NCBI RefSeq assembly: GCF_000400465.1
Contig: NW_008806286.1
Span: 305,454-337,453 of the forward strand
Direction of reading: 5' to 3'
Length of the DNA stretch: 32,000 bases
From: Wallemia ichthyophaga EXF-994
Lineage: Eukaryota; Fungi; Basidiomycota
Shown: one piece after another, positions 21,589 through 32,000 of the stretch
Layout: each line of letters begins with the position of its first letter
Numbering within the stretch: the stretch's first letter is position 1
Position numbers and translations under genes: made by a program
Notes under the pieces: model-generated
Database searches by the model: none
The model's input: the letters and a program-made list of their open reading frames with translations, nothing else
Told to the model about the DNA's origin: nothing

Positions 21589-24500
21589 TTACATCTTTGG
21601 CTTTTTTGTTTCTTGTTCACTCAGGTCTTGCGACTGCTGCCTTTTTGTTCCTCCTTGTGTTGGTGTTGAGGAGGCTGAGGTGCTTGATTGGCCTACAAGC
21701 TTCTTGTAGATTTCTATTAATTGCGTATACTTGACTTCCTTTGGCCAAAACAGCGTCACAAAGTGCCAACCGTGTTTCCGCGTTCTTTCTTTATTCGTCG
21801 ATGCTGTCATTAGCTCATCTATACGCGTACCAATTGAGCGAAGACAGTCTTTCAACAGCTGTAGCTTTTCTGCTCCCTTCAAAGTATCCACTTGATTTTT
21901 TAGTGACTTGAGCTGCTTTCTCACCGGTCTCATATCCTCCTTCATCGCATCCTCGTCCATTGACTCACACTCTTCGTCGCTTTCCACGCTCTCTTTCTTT
22001 ACCACTGGAGACGAGTGCGATGGCTTTGATTGAGCTGCTCTGCTTCCTTGTGCTGCTACTCCCTGAGGTGGACCGGCTGCTTCCATTTGCTCCTTTGCAA
22101 TAAAGTCCTTTTCGAGTGCCTTCTTCAACTCACTCAGTAGGTAGTCACTTCTGCGAACAAGGTGTACTGCATTAGGTATCTTTTTGTCTTCTTTCTTGGT
22201 CTTTCCTCTGCCCTCCTCTAAGAAGAGTTTGCCCTGTAACCCAAGTTCTTTATCGTTGGCGATAATTTCCCAATTGCCTAAACACCTGTCAGTAAATTTT
22301 AAATCAGCCAACGACCAAACATACCCAGTCCATGGCGCCAACATCCAACCAAAAGCATTGCATCATCTTTAGCAGTCCATCTTGAATTCACGTTAGCAAC
22401 ATATTAAACTGACTCTGTTCAACACCCACTCGCATGCCCATCCAACAACTGATTTCAACTTATCTACCGGTATACGCCAGCTCAAATGATTACCGACACT
22501 ACTCAACACATCATGAAGGAAGCTTAGCTCTTTGTACCGCACGTAAGTTGTCAGTGAGTTAACGCCTTGTATGCTCTTGAAAGAAATTAGAATTGCTTTC
22601 TGACGATCGTTTTGAGTTATGCTTTCACCAGCTTGAGCACGGCTCTTCAACTCCATGTTGTGTTCATCAACAGCTTCCTTGCATCTGTTTAGCAAGTCAT
22701 CGGATGTTTGGATAAGAACTGTCCTATTCTTTCCTTCAAGTTTACTGTCTTTGACGATATCATCCATGCGAATTCTAATATCACCGAATCTGGTTATACC
22801 ACGAATCAAATTTCGCAGATCTCTTTCCTTCAACTCGATAGCACGCTGAGCTGTTGTCTTCTTCGGTATTAGTGGTGCTTCCTTTTGCGGTGCCTTCTTT
22901 GGAGGTGATGGTGCATCCCCAGTCTTATATGTTCCTGGTTGAACCTTTGATGCAGCTCTTTTACCATACTGCTCCTGCATCTCTTCTTCAGTCTGTTTCC
23001 GAAGCTCCTCCTTCTGTTCCTCATCGAGCTTGTCACGCTCTTCAGCCGGAATAATATCCTCCCCTGTGAAAAAATCACGTCAGCATACTCACAGCACAAT
23101 AAAGCAAACTCACAGCTAGTATCATTCTTTATATCTTGTACCTGGAATTGCTGCAAGAAATCTTGTCCACCAAGAGATGATCCACCAACAGCTTTGTCAC
23201 TCTCCAAATCTTCAGCACGAGCGAGCAAGTCGTCAAGATTAAGTTCAGCAAGTTTTTTGTTTTGCTCCTTGTCATCAGTCTTGAACATGTTCTGTGCACC
23301 GAATTTCAAGATAGCAGACAATTCTTCTTTCGAGAAATTGTCTGGTTGTTGCTTTGCTGATTTAGGTTGACCGATGTTTTTACCAGAAGTATCAACTTGA
23401 TTAATAATAGCATACTCTAGAACCATTTTTCTCTTTGCACGCTCAAGAATATCCTCCTCCATAGTATCTTTGCTAACGAATCTGTAAATACTGACGTGGG
23501 ATTTCTGTCCAATTCTGTGAGCTCTTGCCATTGCTTGTAAGTCATTTTGTGGATTCCAATCACTGTCAAAAATGATAACCGTGTTTGCTGTCTGTAAGTC
23601 GATACCTAGTCCACCAGCTCTTGTAGACAGAAGGAATGCAAAGTCAGGAGAATTATCCGCATTAAAGTGATTAATAGCTTTTCTGCGTTGCTCTGATGGA
23701 ATTGTACCGTCTAATCTTTGATGCATATACCCACGCAACGATAGATAGTCAGAGATGATATCGAGCATACGGACCATCTGTGAGAAGATAAGAACTCGAT
23801 GACCATCGGCCTTAAGACGTGCAAGTAACTTATCGAGCAGTACCATTTTACCAGAGTTCATAACGAGACCCTTGAGGATCTCTTCTTTCATGCTAGCTGA
23901 TCCTTCAGCGCCATCGAATAAGTATGGGTGGTTAGAAGCCTTCCTCAAGTCGTTGGCAATGTTCATCATCGACATAGCAGGACCACTACCTTCTGAGCCC
24001 TTCAATGCAGTAAAGTTTTTAGTGAGTATATTACGGTAGTAGTGAGTTTGCAAGCTGGATAACTCTACACGTAGAATACGTTCAGACTTTGTTGGAAGTG
24101 ACTTGATCACATCTCTCTTTAATCTTCTCAACATAATATTCTTCAATTGATCGTGCAGCTGTCCAATCTTATCCTCACGATCCTCATCTGTCAACTCAAA
24201 ATCACCTGTGATTTGGTACCTTTCAGGCATCAAGAAGTGCATCAGTGCGGATAATTCCTTAACGTTATTCTGAAGCGGTGTACCAGTGATGAGCAGCTTG
24301 GAATTTGTGACAAAACTGAAGAGCGTCTCATATAACTGAGACTCAGAATTTTTGAGACGATGAGCCTCATCGACGAGCAGTGCCTGCCATCTCATTTGAC
24401 CCAACTCAGTACGGTCCTTCAGGCAAAACTCGTATGTAGTGAGCAAGACATTAAATTTGAGTTTTTTTATTTCACCAAACTCATACTCTCTGATAACCTC

Positions 24501-25999
24501 ACGAGACTTTCCAGAACCATTGTAGCAAACGACGTTCAAGTCTGGTGCCCACTTTTGAAATTGAGCTTGCCAGGCCGGTATGGTCGATAGAGGGACTACG
24601 ACCAAGAAGGGACCATATTGCTGTCTTTCGTGGAAAAGCCAAGAAATCCAAGCGATAGATTGAACAGTCTTACCGAGACCCATCTCGTCTGCCAAAATAC
24701 CTGATTCCATTCTAGACCAGAGATAAGCGAGCCAATTCAAACCAGTCATCTGATAATCGAGTAATTCACCACCAGTAGATTGAATGTAGTTAGGGGACTC
24801 CATTAAAGTTCTAAAAGCAGGTCTGGATCTGTTGTAATTGGCAGATCTGTTTGGAAGAGTTGTTGAAGCAGTTCTGAGAAGATAAGCGTCGATCTGCTCA
24901 GGAGCGTATTGGACAACATCATCATGCTTCTCCCAGGTACACTCTGAGTACTGCAGACCAGTCCATTTGCAAAAGTATTCTGTAGTCGTACCACTGTCTC
25001 GCTGGTCGAGAATGCGCTCCACCTTCCTGTACATATCAACGAGATCTCTAAGTCTCTCTTTTTCCATCTCAACAATTTCAAAGTCTTCCTTGTTCTGTTC
25101 GCGGTGGCGATAAATTTCATGCTGGTAATTGTAGATGTTTTTGATGTAATTATCGACTCTCTTGATACCTTTGCAGCGTTTAAGGAACTCATAAGTCTCG
25201 TCTGTGTTGTGATGGTGAGAGAAGCCTCTCCACTTGATGTGGAATCTAATGTTCTCGTAAGGATCGTCATCCTCATCGGGGGAATTAGTTGCATCCCTCG
25301 AGTGACCGAATACAGTTTCAATCTCGTATTCCGACGGTTTATCACCAACTTTAGGTTCTTCAACGGGAACCGTATCAGCTTCGAAGCGTTCACTTTCATC
25401 TGTTTCAAAACCGGCGATGGCTTCTTCGTTGTAATTTCTCACGCCGTTATTACCTCTAGAGGATGCTCTAAAAGCACCAGCTTCGTCATCATCATCCAGG
25501 CTATCATCCTCATCGCTTGATTGAGCGCGCTGTTTAGTTCTTTGGCGTTTCTTTGAGGTGACTGAAGTGAAGTACTCGTCTTCAGAGCTTTCGTCGAAAC
25601 GAGGTGGAGGCGCTTCCCTATTAGCCGCTCTCCTCTTGCTACCTCCACCGCCTTTCCTCGATTTGCGCTTGGGTGATTCATCGTAATCATCCTCGTCATC
25701 GTCTAAAAACTCATCCAAGTATGTCGGATCCATCGATTGATTTTTTGCTGATCTTCCCGATCTCCGCAGACCGTATAAATCTGGATCAACGTAATTCAAG
25801 TCGATCTTGTCGGCTGCGTCTAGTGGCTCGTCCTCTATCGGCGCAGGCACGGCACCTTGTTGATTAAGAGGCGCGTCTGATTCTCCTTCTGCATCACCAG
25901 AACTGGAGCTGTTCTGCGCTGCGTGTCAGTGTATCTCCTAGCCGCTATATCTCTCCTCACATCTCCCATGTCCATTTTCATATCTGTATGATCTGCCAT
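21589..25999 (-). CDS. CHD1: CHD1/Hrp1-type chromodomain SNF2-family chromatin remodeller
   Basis: Tandem chromodomains ([22 protein letters not shown]), [15 protein letters not shown], helicase-C [24 protein letters not shown]-binding region. Introns 25914-25960, 23064-23113, 22381-22429, 22278-22324. The 5' end is ambiguous: 25999, or 26056/26115 via a candidate intron 25993-26043. Confidence 0.93.
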
Positions 26000-26052
26000 T
26001 TTTATTTTAGCCCACGTAATCTCTATCTACAATAATCTCTTACTTTCTGCTA

Positions 26053-26115
26053 TCATCCGCCTCGTCGTCGACGATGAAGCGGATCGAGGCGGTGACGACG
26101 ACGATGCGACGACAT
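26053..26115 (-). other. 20-codon Arg/His-rich upstream ORF (MSSHRRRHRLDPLHRRRRGG*) whose TGA overlaps a candidate CHD1 ATG as ATGA
   Basis: aaaaaATG at 26115; TGA 26055-26053 overlaps ATG 26056-26054. Confidence 0.4.
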
Positions 26116-26203
26116 TTTTTGTTTTATGCGGGGGACATAACAAGCAAACAAAGCAATTCATGTAAAAATTCAGCGCCAAGATAACAAAAGTGTAATTTAA
26201 AGA

Positions 26204-29200
26204 TTATGTATGTACCTCCATGTATTTGTCCCAGACGGCCTATGAGTGTGCGTAAGTGTGTGCTAGCATTATCGACCTCTTGAATCCTACTTACCTTCTC
26301 GACGTCCTTCCTTGCCGGCTGTCTGCCAGTCCACAGCCCAAACTGCTTAAATCCCTGTTCGAGTAGAATAGTAGCTCCAGGTATACCCACCCAGTGAGCT
26401 GCACTCTCCGCCAACTCCAGCAGAGGCGTCTTGAATGGTTTGTACGACATGTCAATCACGACTCCCGACGTGCGTCCGAAAATGCTTTTTGGGAGGAAGA
26501 TTCCCTCTCTGTTTCCTACCTCGCAAGTCGTAGCAGATGCTGGAATGCATGAGACGATTACTTGTGGCTTGCTAGTGACACTGTTAAGATCATCGAGCAC
26601 TCGTATGTTGAATGACGGAAACTCCTTCGCAACGCTTTCCGCATTCGCCCGCGTACGATTGTATAGATAGATACTACCACATCCCAAAGCATGCAACGCA
26701 TACAGAGCTGCGCGACACGTTCCTCCAGCTCCAATAACCAGTCCGGCCGACTCCGCAGTGATTGGATCATTCCCACTGACAGACGACTGCGCACAGCTCC
26801 TGATAGCTTGCCAATCTGTGTTATCACCGAACAATTCTCTCCTCCCATTCAGCCCTTCCCTCACAACAACCGTGTTGACTGCTCCAATTGCCTTGGCTGG
26901 CATAGACAGAGTGTCAAGTTTACTGAGAATGTTCACTTTGTGAGGGATAGTCACTGAGGCACCACCGAATTCTTCACTATAAAGCAACTCATCAACACTC
27001 TCATCAAGCTGCTCTCCCTCATGCAGACCATACACATATGGAAGTCCCAACTGCTTGAATCCAGTGTTGTGAAGTGTAGGTGATTGAGACTGCTTAATCG
27101 GACATCCGAGCAGATAAAACTTTTTCTGTGGAAGTTGCCCACTAAGATGGAGTGCTTGCTGAATTTCCCTGAATGAGAGCTGCCCAGGTGCCGCTTTTGA
27201 GGGCAGCAGCTCATGCGTCACTGGAGTGAGAACGTAATTCATAATCCTGCTCAATTGTCCCACCACGCCCACATTGAACGCCAGCACTGGCGTTGATGAT
27301 GGTAACTTATTGAGGAATTTGAATGCATCAAAGTTGTCCTGGATCGAGTTGGCGCGACCGACGAGTTTAACTATGTCTCCGTATTTAGCACCCGCGTCAA
27401 ATTTGGCTCTCATCTCAACTGACTCCCACTTGAAGTCACCAGGGAAATCATGCATCGAAGCAATAATCTTGGAATTTCCCTTGCGTTCGACTATACCCCC
27501 GATAAGCGAGTCAGGGAGATTAAGTTCGACGTCCACAAATTCACTACCGAGAGCGACACCCAATTCAATTAAAGCAGCTATATCTTCCAGCTTATCATCA
27601 GGTATCATCCCACCCTGGCTATGAGTCCTGACAGTATAAATAATTGGCAGGGATGTGCACTGTCTAAGTGCGGAGAGCTGAAGAGATACGTACTCCGCCG
27701 ATGGTACGTTTGGAGTAACGGGAGCCTTGCCATCTTCCGATAACAGATCGACGCGCACCTCAAGTGCATCGACGCCTTCACTCAGTTTATCGAGAATAGG
27801 CAGCGCCTCAAACAGATCCGGGTATGTGAGCGACAAGAAGTAAGTTCTTCTAGCATATACGTCGACACTATTGACATCATCTCCCGAAATAAATTTGAAG
27901 AATCGCTTTATTTCCCTGACCTCTGAACGAAGCATGCTGTTGGAGAGATCCGTGTGCTTTCCTGACATTATTTCGTTCACGCGCGCTTGGAGAGTGAGAT
28001 GATTGATGAAGCGATGTGTGGCGCACTCGAGGAACCATGGTTTGCGGCGGTGCAAAACATCTTTGACTGCATCACCACTCGCATACGCCGGACGTGACTT
28101 TTCATTTTGGAGGTAGTTCACTATCTCACCTTCGTCGCGCTCGACGTAGACTACTGGCCCTCCTTCTTTGTCGGCGGCATAAGCCTTCAGAAGCTCGCGC
28201 GCTTCGGCTGTCTCCACAACGCCACCGCCGAGAGAAATAACGTAGCCTTGTGAATGCTTCTCTATTAGTTTTCTTAATACGTCCAACTCTGCCTTTCTGA
28301 AAGCGTCCCAACCGAATTTTTGGACGTAGTTGTAGACAGGGACTTGGGTGTCTTCTTCAAGAATAGCGTCCGCATCTAAGAACTTCCTGTTGAGAGTACC
28401 AGACGCCAGCTTACCAACTGTTGTCTTTCCACTGCCACGCATACCGATAATGAAAATAGAAGCATCGGGGATGTAAGCTCCGGAGGGAGCGGCAGCGGGC
28501 ACAGGAGCAAGCTTAGGGGAAGGAGGGCCAGCGACTGGATGAGCGTCAACACCACTAACTGGTATACCGATCTGAACGCAATTAGAAAACGCCACCAATA
28601 TCTACATCTACCCACCTTATTTTGAAGATCGTCCCACCAATTTGGCCACGTTTTCTCAACACAACGCTTTTCATCTAAGATTGTTCCGGCGACCTTTTGA
28701 GCCAAGCACGAGAAAGCGAGAGCTACACGGTGATCATCATAACAATGAACGACAACCTCAGTGTTGAGCTCCGAGGCTGGTCTCGGGAAGATGGTGATAG
28801 AGTCAGGATCTTGCTGCGTCCTAATACCGAATTTGGCGAGTTCATCAGCCATAGCTTGAATACGCTCGCATTCCTAGGACCATGTCAGCTTAGAAGAAAG
28901 AATTATCAACAACGCACTTTTTGACGCTGATTAGCAATACCGTAAATACGCGTCGCATTGCCCTCCTTTTTCACTCCAGATGTAGACTCGCCTGTAGCGA
29001 CAGCGAGGACGCACGACGCGGTGAGGAAAGCATCCGTCATGGTCTCCATATCAATGCTACCAAGCGCCCTAAGTGGCTCAGAGGGTCCGGTTACAGTAGT
29101 ATCGGTCGTGGTCTGCACTACCCTGCAACCCATTGGCTCCAGTACATTCTTCGCAAAGCCAGCATCACCTTGCAAACTTTCACTGCCAATGTTTTGAATG

Positions 29201-31242
29201 GTCACCGTTGTGCCTGTGAGCGCAGCAATAGCGGCGGGGTAGGTAGCGCTCGAGGCGTCACTTTCCACGTTGTATTCAGATGGGTTGGTGTAGGTAGTTT
29301 TTGGAATTTTGTAAACATTGAGCAATTTACCACCATCGTCTTTAACGCGCTCCACATTAACGCCGAAATCTTTCATCATTGAGATAGTCATATCGATGTA
29401 AGGCTGTGAGATCACCTGACCGCCGACCAACTCAAGTGTGATGGCTTCGCTTGCGTAGGGCGCACAAAGAAGGATAGAAGAAACGTATTGCGATGAAACG
29501 GTAGCAGCTAGTTGGATATGACCACCAATCAAGCCGCTCTCTTTGCTTGCGATATGGAGTGGGAGGGCGCCCTCGCTCTCTAGATAACCAATATCGGAGC
29601 CATTGCTACGTAAAGCATCAACGAGTGGTCCAATTGGACGTTGTTTCATACGCGCATTACCAGTGATGACTGTGTGTTGCTGTCTTTCAGTTGGCTGGAC
29701 GAGGGTACACACAGTAGTCAGGAATCTTGCAGCCGTACCAGCGTTTTGGAGGTAAATTTGTTTACCGTCATCAGGAGGATTGAGGTGGCCTTGACCACCC
29801 TGAATGACTAGTGTGTCACCTCCATCCTCGAACGCAAAGTTGGCGCCGTGAAGGTCGTTTAGCGCCGACATCATAACCTTGGTATCATCGGAATGAAGAA
29901 GATTACGGATTTTAACAGTGCCCTTACCGAGGGCTGCAAGTACCATCACACGATTACTGATGCTCTTGGAACCGGGGGTGGAAAGTGTAAAGTTCTTTGG
30001 AGGGCTACCAGCTTCTACGCGCACGGCCGAAGAGAGTACACGGCGAATAATGTCGTCTTTAACAACTGAAGCTTTTTGTTCGACGGTGCTACCAATGTTT
30101 CCCAAAAGAACAATCTTTTTGTTGCTACCTGCATTCTTTTTGTCGACGGCCATAATTTCGATCAAGCGATCGACGGTGATGTTGGTAGATTTTGGAAGAC
30201 GGGAGAATAAAGCCTCGTTAGTGCTGATTGGAAGATTAAAGGCTTTGAGACAGCGTGAAATTCTGCCCACGGCGACTTGAGATAGATGACCCAAAGCTCT
30301 AGAAACCTCAGCTTCAAGAACCATTCCAACAGATATACATTCACCGTGTAAAACATCTGGAGCGACGATAGCTTCGATAGCATGACCAATAGAGTGGCCA
30401 AAATTGACAAGATTTCTGAGGCCGGTTTCACGCTCATCCACTGTGACGACGTGAGACTTGACGGCGATAGAGCCACTGACGACTTTTAAGATGAGGGATT
30501 GTTCTGGTGTGCGATTTGAGATGTGGCGACCGAGAAACTTGTGCTGAGGCGAAGAAGAAGGCTTAGAGACAGCAGAGAGAATAGCAGGGGCGTTGTTTTC
30601 CAAATCGGAGAACTCCTCAGCGTTCCAAATGGCGGCAGTCTTGATAACTTCAGCCATGCCGTTGCTGACTTCTCTCTGAGGCAGGGTTTCAAGCATAGAA
30701 ATATCAATGAAGATGAATTTAGGCTGCCAGAAAGCGCCGATTAGGTTTTTACCAGCGGGGACATCGATAGCAGTCTTGCCGCCGACGGAGCTGTCAACCA
30801 TAGCGAGAAGGGTGGTCGGTATTTGAACGAAAGGGACGCCGCGCATGTAAGTAGCAGCTAAGAAGCCAGAGAGGTCGCCAACGACGCCACCACCCAAGGC
30901 AATGACTACGGTGTCCCTAGTGAGCCTGTGAGAGAACATCCAGTCCTCAATATCTTCCTTGACAGCGCGTGATTTAGAAGATTCGCCGGGGCTGACGACG
31001 TAGCTGAGAACTTTGGCGGTGGAATTAGAGGCAGAGAGAGAGGACTTGAGATGGCTAACAAGAGAATTCAAGTGTAATTTCTGAATATTCGAATCTGTGA
31101 TAAAGACATAGGCGGATGACCTGAGCTGAGTGGAGATGGTTTCTGCGATGTACTCGGAGAGATGGAAACCACAGTGAATAGAATTATTGCCGAGGATTTC
31201 AACTTTATTTATTGAGTAATTTGAGTTATTTTCACCCATCAT
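26204..31242 (-). CDS. ARO1: Pentafunctional AROM polypeptide (DHQ synthase, EPSP synthase, shikimate kinase, type I DHQ dehydratase, shikimate dehydrogenase)
   Basis: [11 protein letters not shown] and LNFGH-like [10 protein letters not shown] (DHQS); [24 protein letters not shown] (EPSPS); GMRGSGKTT (kinase); ALEVRVDLL (dehydratase); SVTIPHK, DNTDW, GAGGT (SDH). Introns 28874-28917, 28572-28615, 26240-26294; stop 26206-26204. Confidence 0.96.
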
Positions 31243-31359
31243 TGGATGATTGTACTGTGTAAAGGGAATTTAAACGGATTTGGTTTAATTTATTCGTGAA
31301 ATCCCCGTCATTGGATTCCTCAAGGCACACGGCATTCAAAGACATATAAACTTAAATTT

Positions 31360-32000
31360 TCAATATACATTCACGGAATACCCCAGCCCTCTAAGTCTAT
31401 CACAATTTTCATTGGTTTCCTTATACGCTTGCTGCAATTTTTCATCATCCTTTCCAATCCCAAAGAAGCCACTGTAGCGCTCTATTCTCTTATCTCTATC
31501 TTGCAACCAATACTTACACTTCCTACCAAGCCTCTGAGCTAGCAATCTCTCAACTTCATTACTAAATGATTGTGGTACTTGACTGGTTTGTGAGTATGGA
31601 TGATTCCTCCACTGAGATGGATTGACAAAGTACTTAACATCATTAGGGAACCCTGTGGACTTCTCCATCGAGTAGAAAACTGTTTTGTCTAATGAGAATC
31701 CAGGTGCTGGTACTGAAAAGAGTGATCCTAGTAGTGAAGGTAGGTAGCTAAGCAATGTGAATCCGATTAGAATCAGTATTGGAAGTATTTGTTGTATCAT
31801 TGACTGTGGTTGTGCTTGTTGCTGTCTAGGATATCTACGGGTATTAGTGTATGAGTTCATTCCTGGTCCGCCAAATCTCATGTTGAAGCCTTTCTTCACT
31901 TAGTTCATGTCTTTATCAATAATCACTCAAACTCACCTGGTCCACCAAATGAAGTTGCAAACGGACTACCACCGAATCCACCACCACCACCACCAAATCC
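31360..32000 (-). CDS. 3' part of an ER-membrane DnaJ protein of DNAJB12/14-HLJ1 type (G/F-rich linker, TM segment, luminal DUF1977-like tail); 5'-truncated
   Basis: GFGGGGGFGGSPFATSFGGP|GFNMRFGG across intron 31890-31936 (GTGAGT..AAG, 47 nt); TM ILPILILIGFTLLSYL; luminal YFVNP..VE..C..E..C pattern. The J-domain is outside the window. Confidence 0.72.

Noticed and set aside
26124-26294. Track C-terminus of ARO1 (..[17 protein letters not shown])
   Set aside because: Read-through of intron 26240-26294. Splicing gives [13 protein letters not shown] ending at 26204.
16054-31242. Possible iron/siderophore cluster (N-hydroxylase-like gene, ISA1, ARO1)
   Set aside because: The genes are interspersed with ARF6 and CHD1, and no NRPS, acyltransferase or transporter is present. 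ISA1 and ARO1 are ordinary core genes.
1-32000. CRISPR arrays, tRNA/rRNA genes, transposons, viral insertions
   Set aside because: By eye I found no regularly spaced repeats, cloverleaf or rRNA-like sequence, terminal repeats, or transposase, RT or RdRp motifs. A tRNAscan-SE, Infernal or Dfam run would be needed to exclude small elements.

Overview
Gene-dense eukaryotic (fungal) genomic DNA, not prokaryotic. I can reconstruct 17 protein-coding genes (first and last truncated by the window). They are split by 26 very short GT-AG introns (43-59 nt by my hand reconstruction) and separated by very small gaps. The compact layout, tiny introns and acidic class I hydrophobin suggest a compact basidiomycete such as Wallemia (inference, not verified). 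Gene order: GYP2/MDR1-like Rab-GAP 3' part (+), MGS1/WRNIP1 AAA ATPase (-), hydrophobin (+), MRPS9 (-), DAD2 (+), PMP3-family proteolipid (+), ILS1 (-), PUS7 (+), UBL-BAG co-chaperone (-), YAK1-like DYRK kinase (+), FAD/NADPH N-hydroxylase-like flavoprotein (-), old yellow enzyme (-), ISA1 (+), ARF6 (-), CHD1 (-), ARO1 (-), DNAJB12/HLJ1-like 3' part (-). I see no rRNA, tRNA, CRISPR array or intact mobile element, and no clearly new multi-gene system; the window is mostly housekeeping. The most unusual signals are three. (1) Two upstream ORFs, at PUS7 and CHD1, end in an ATGA stop/start overlap, and a -1 shift in each would give a natural-looking N-terminus, so these are either regulatory/recoding sites or 1-nt assembly deletions. 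(2) Two head-to-head gene pairs have only 10 and 35 bp between start codons. (3) A 0.63 kb frameshifted, pseudogene-like stretch lies between PMP3 and ILS1. All coordinates and splice sites were derived by eye.
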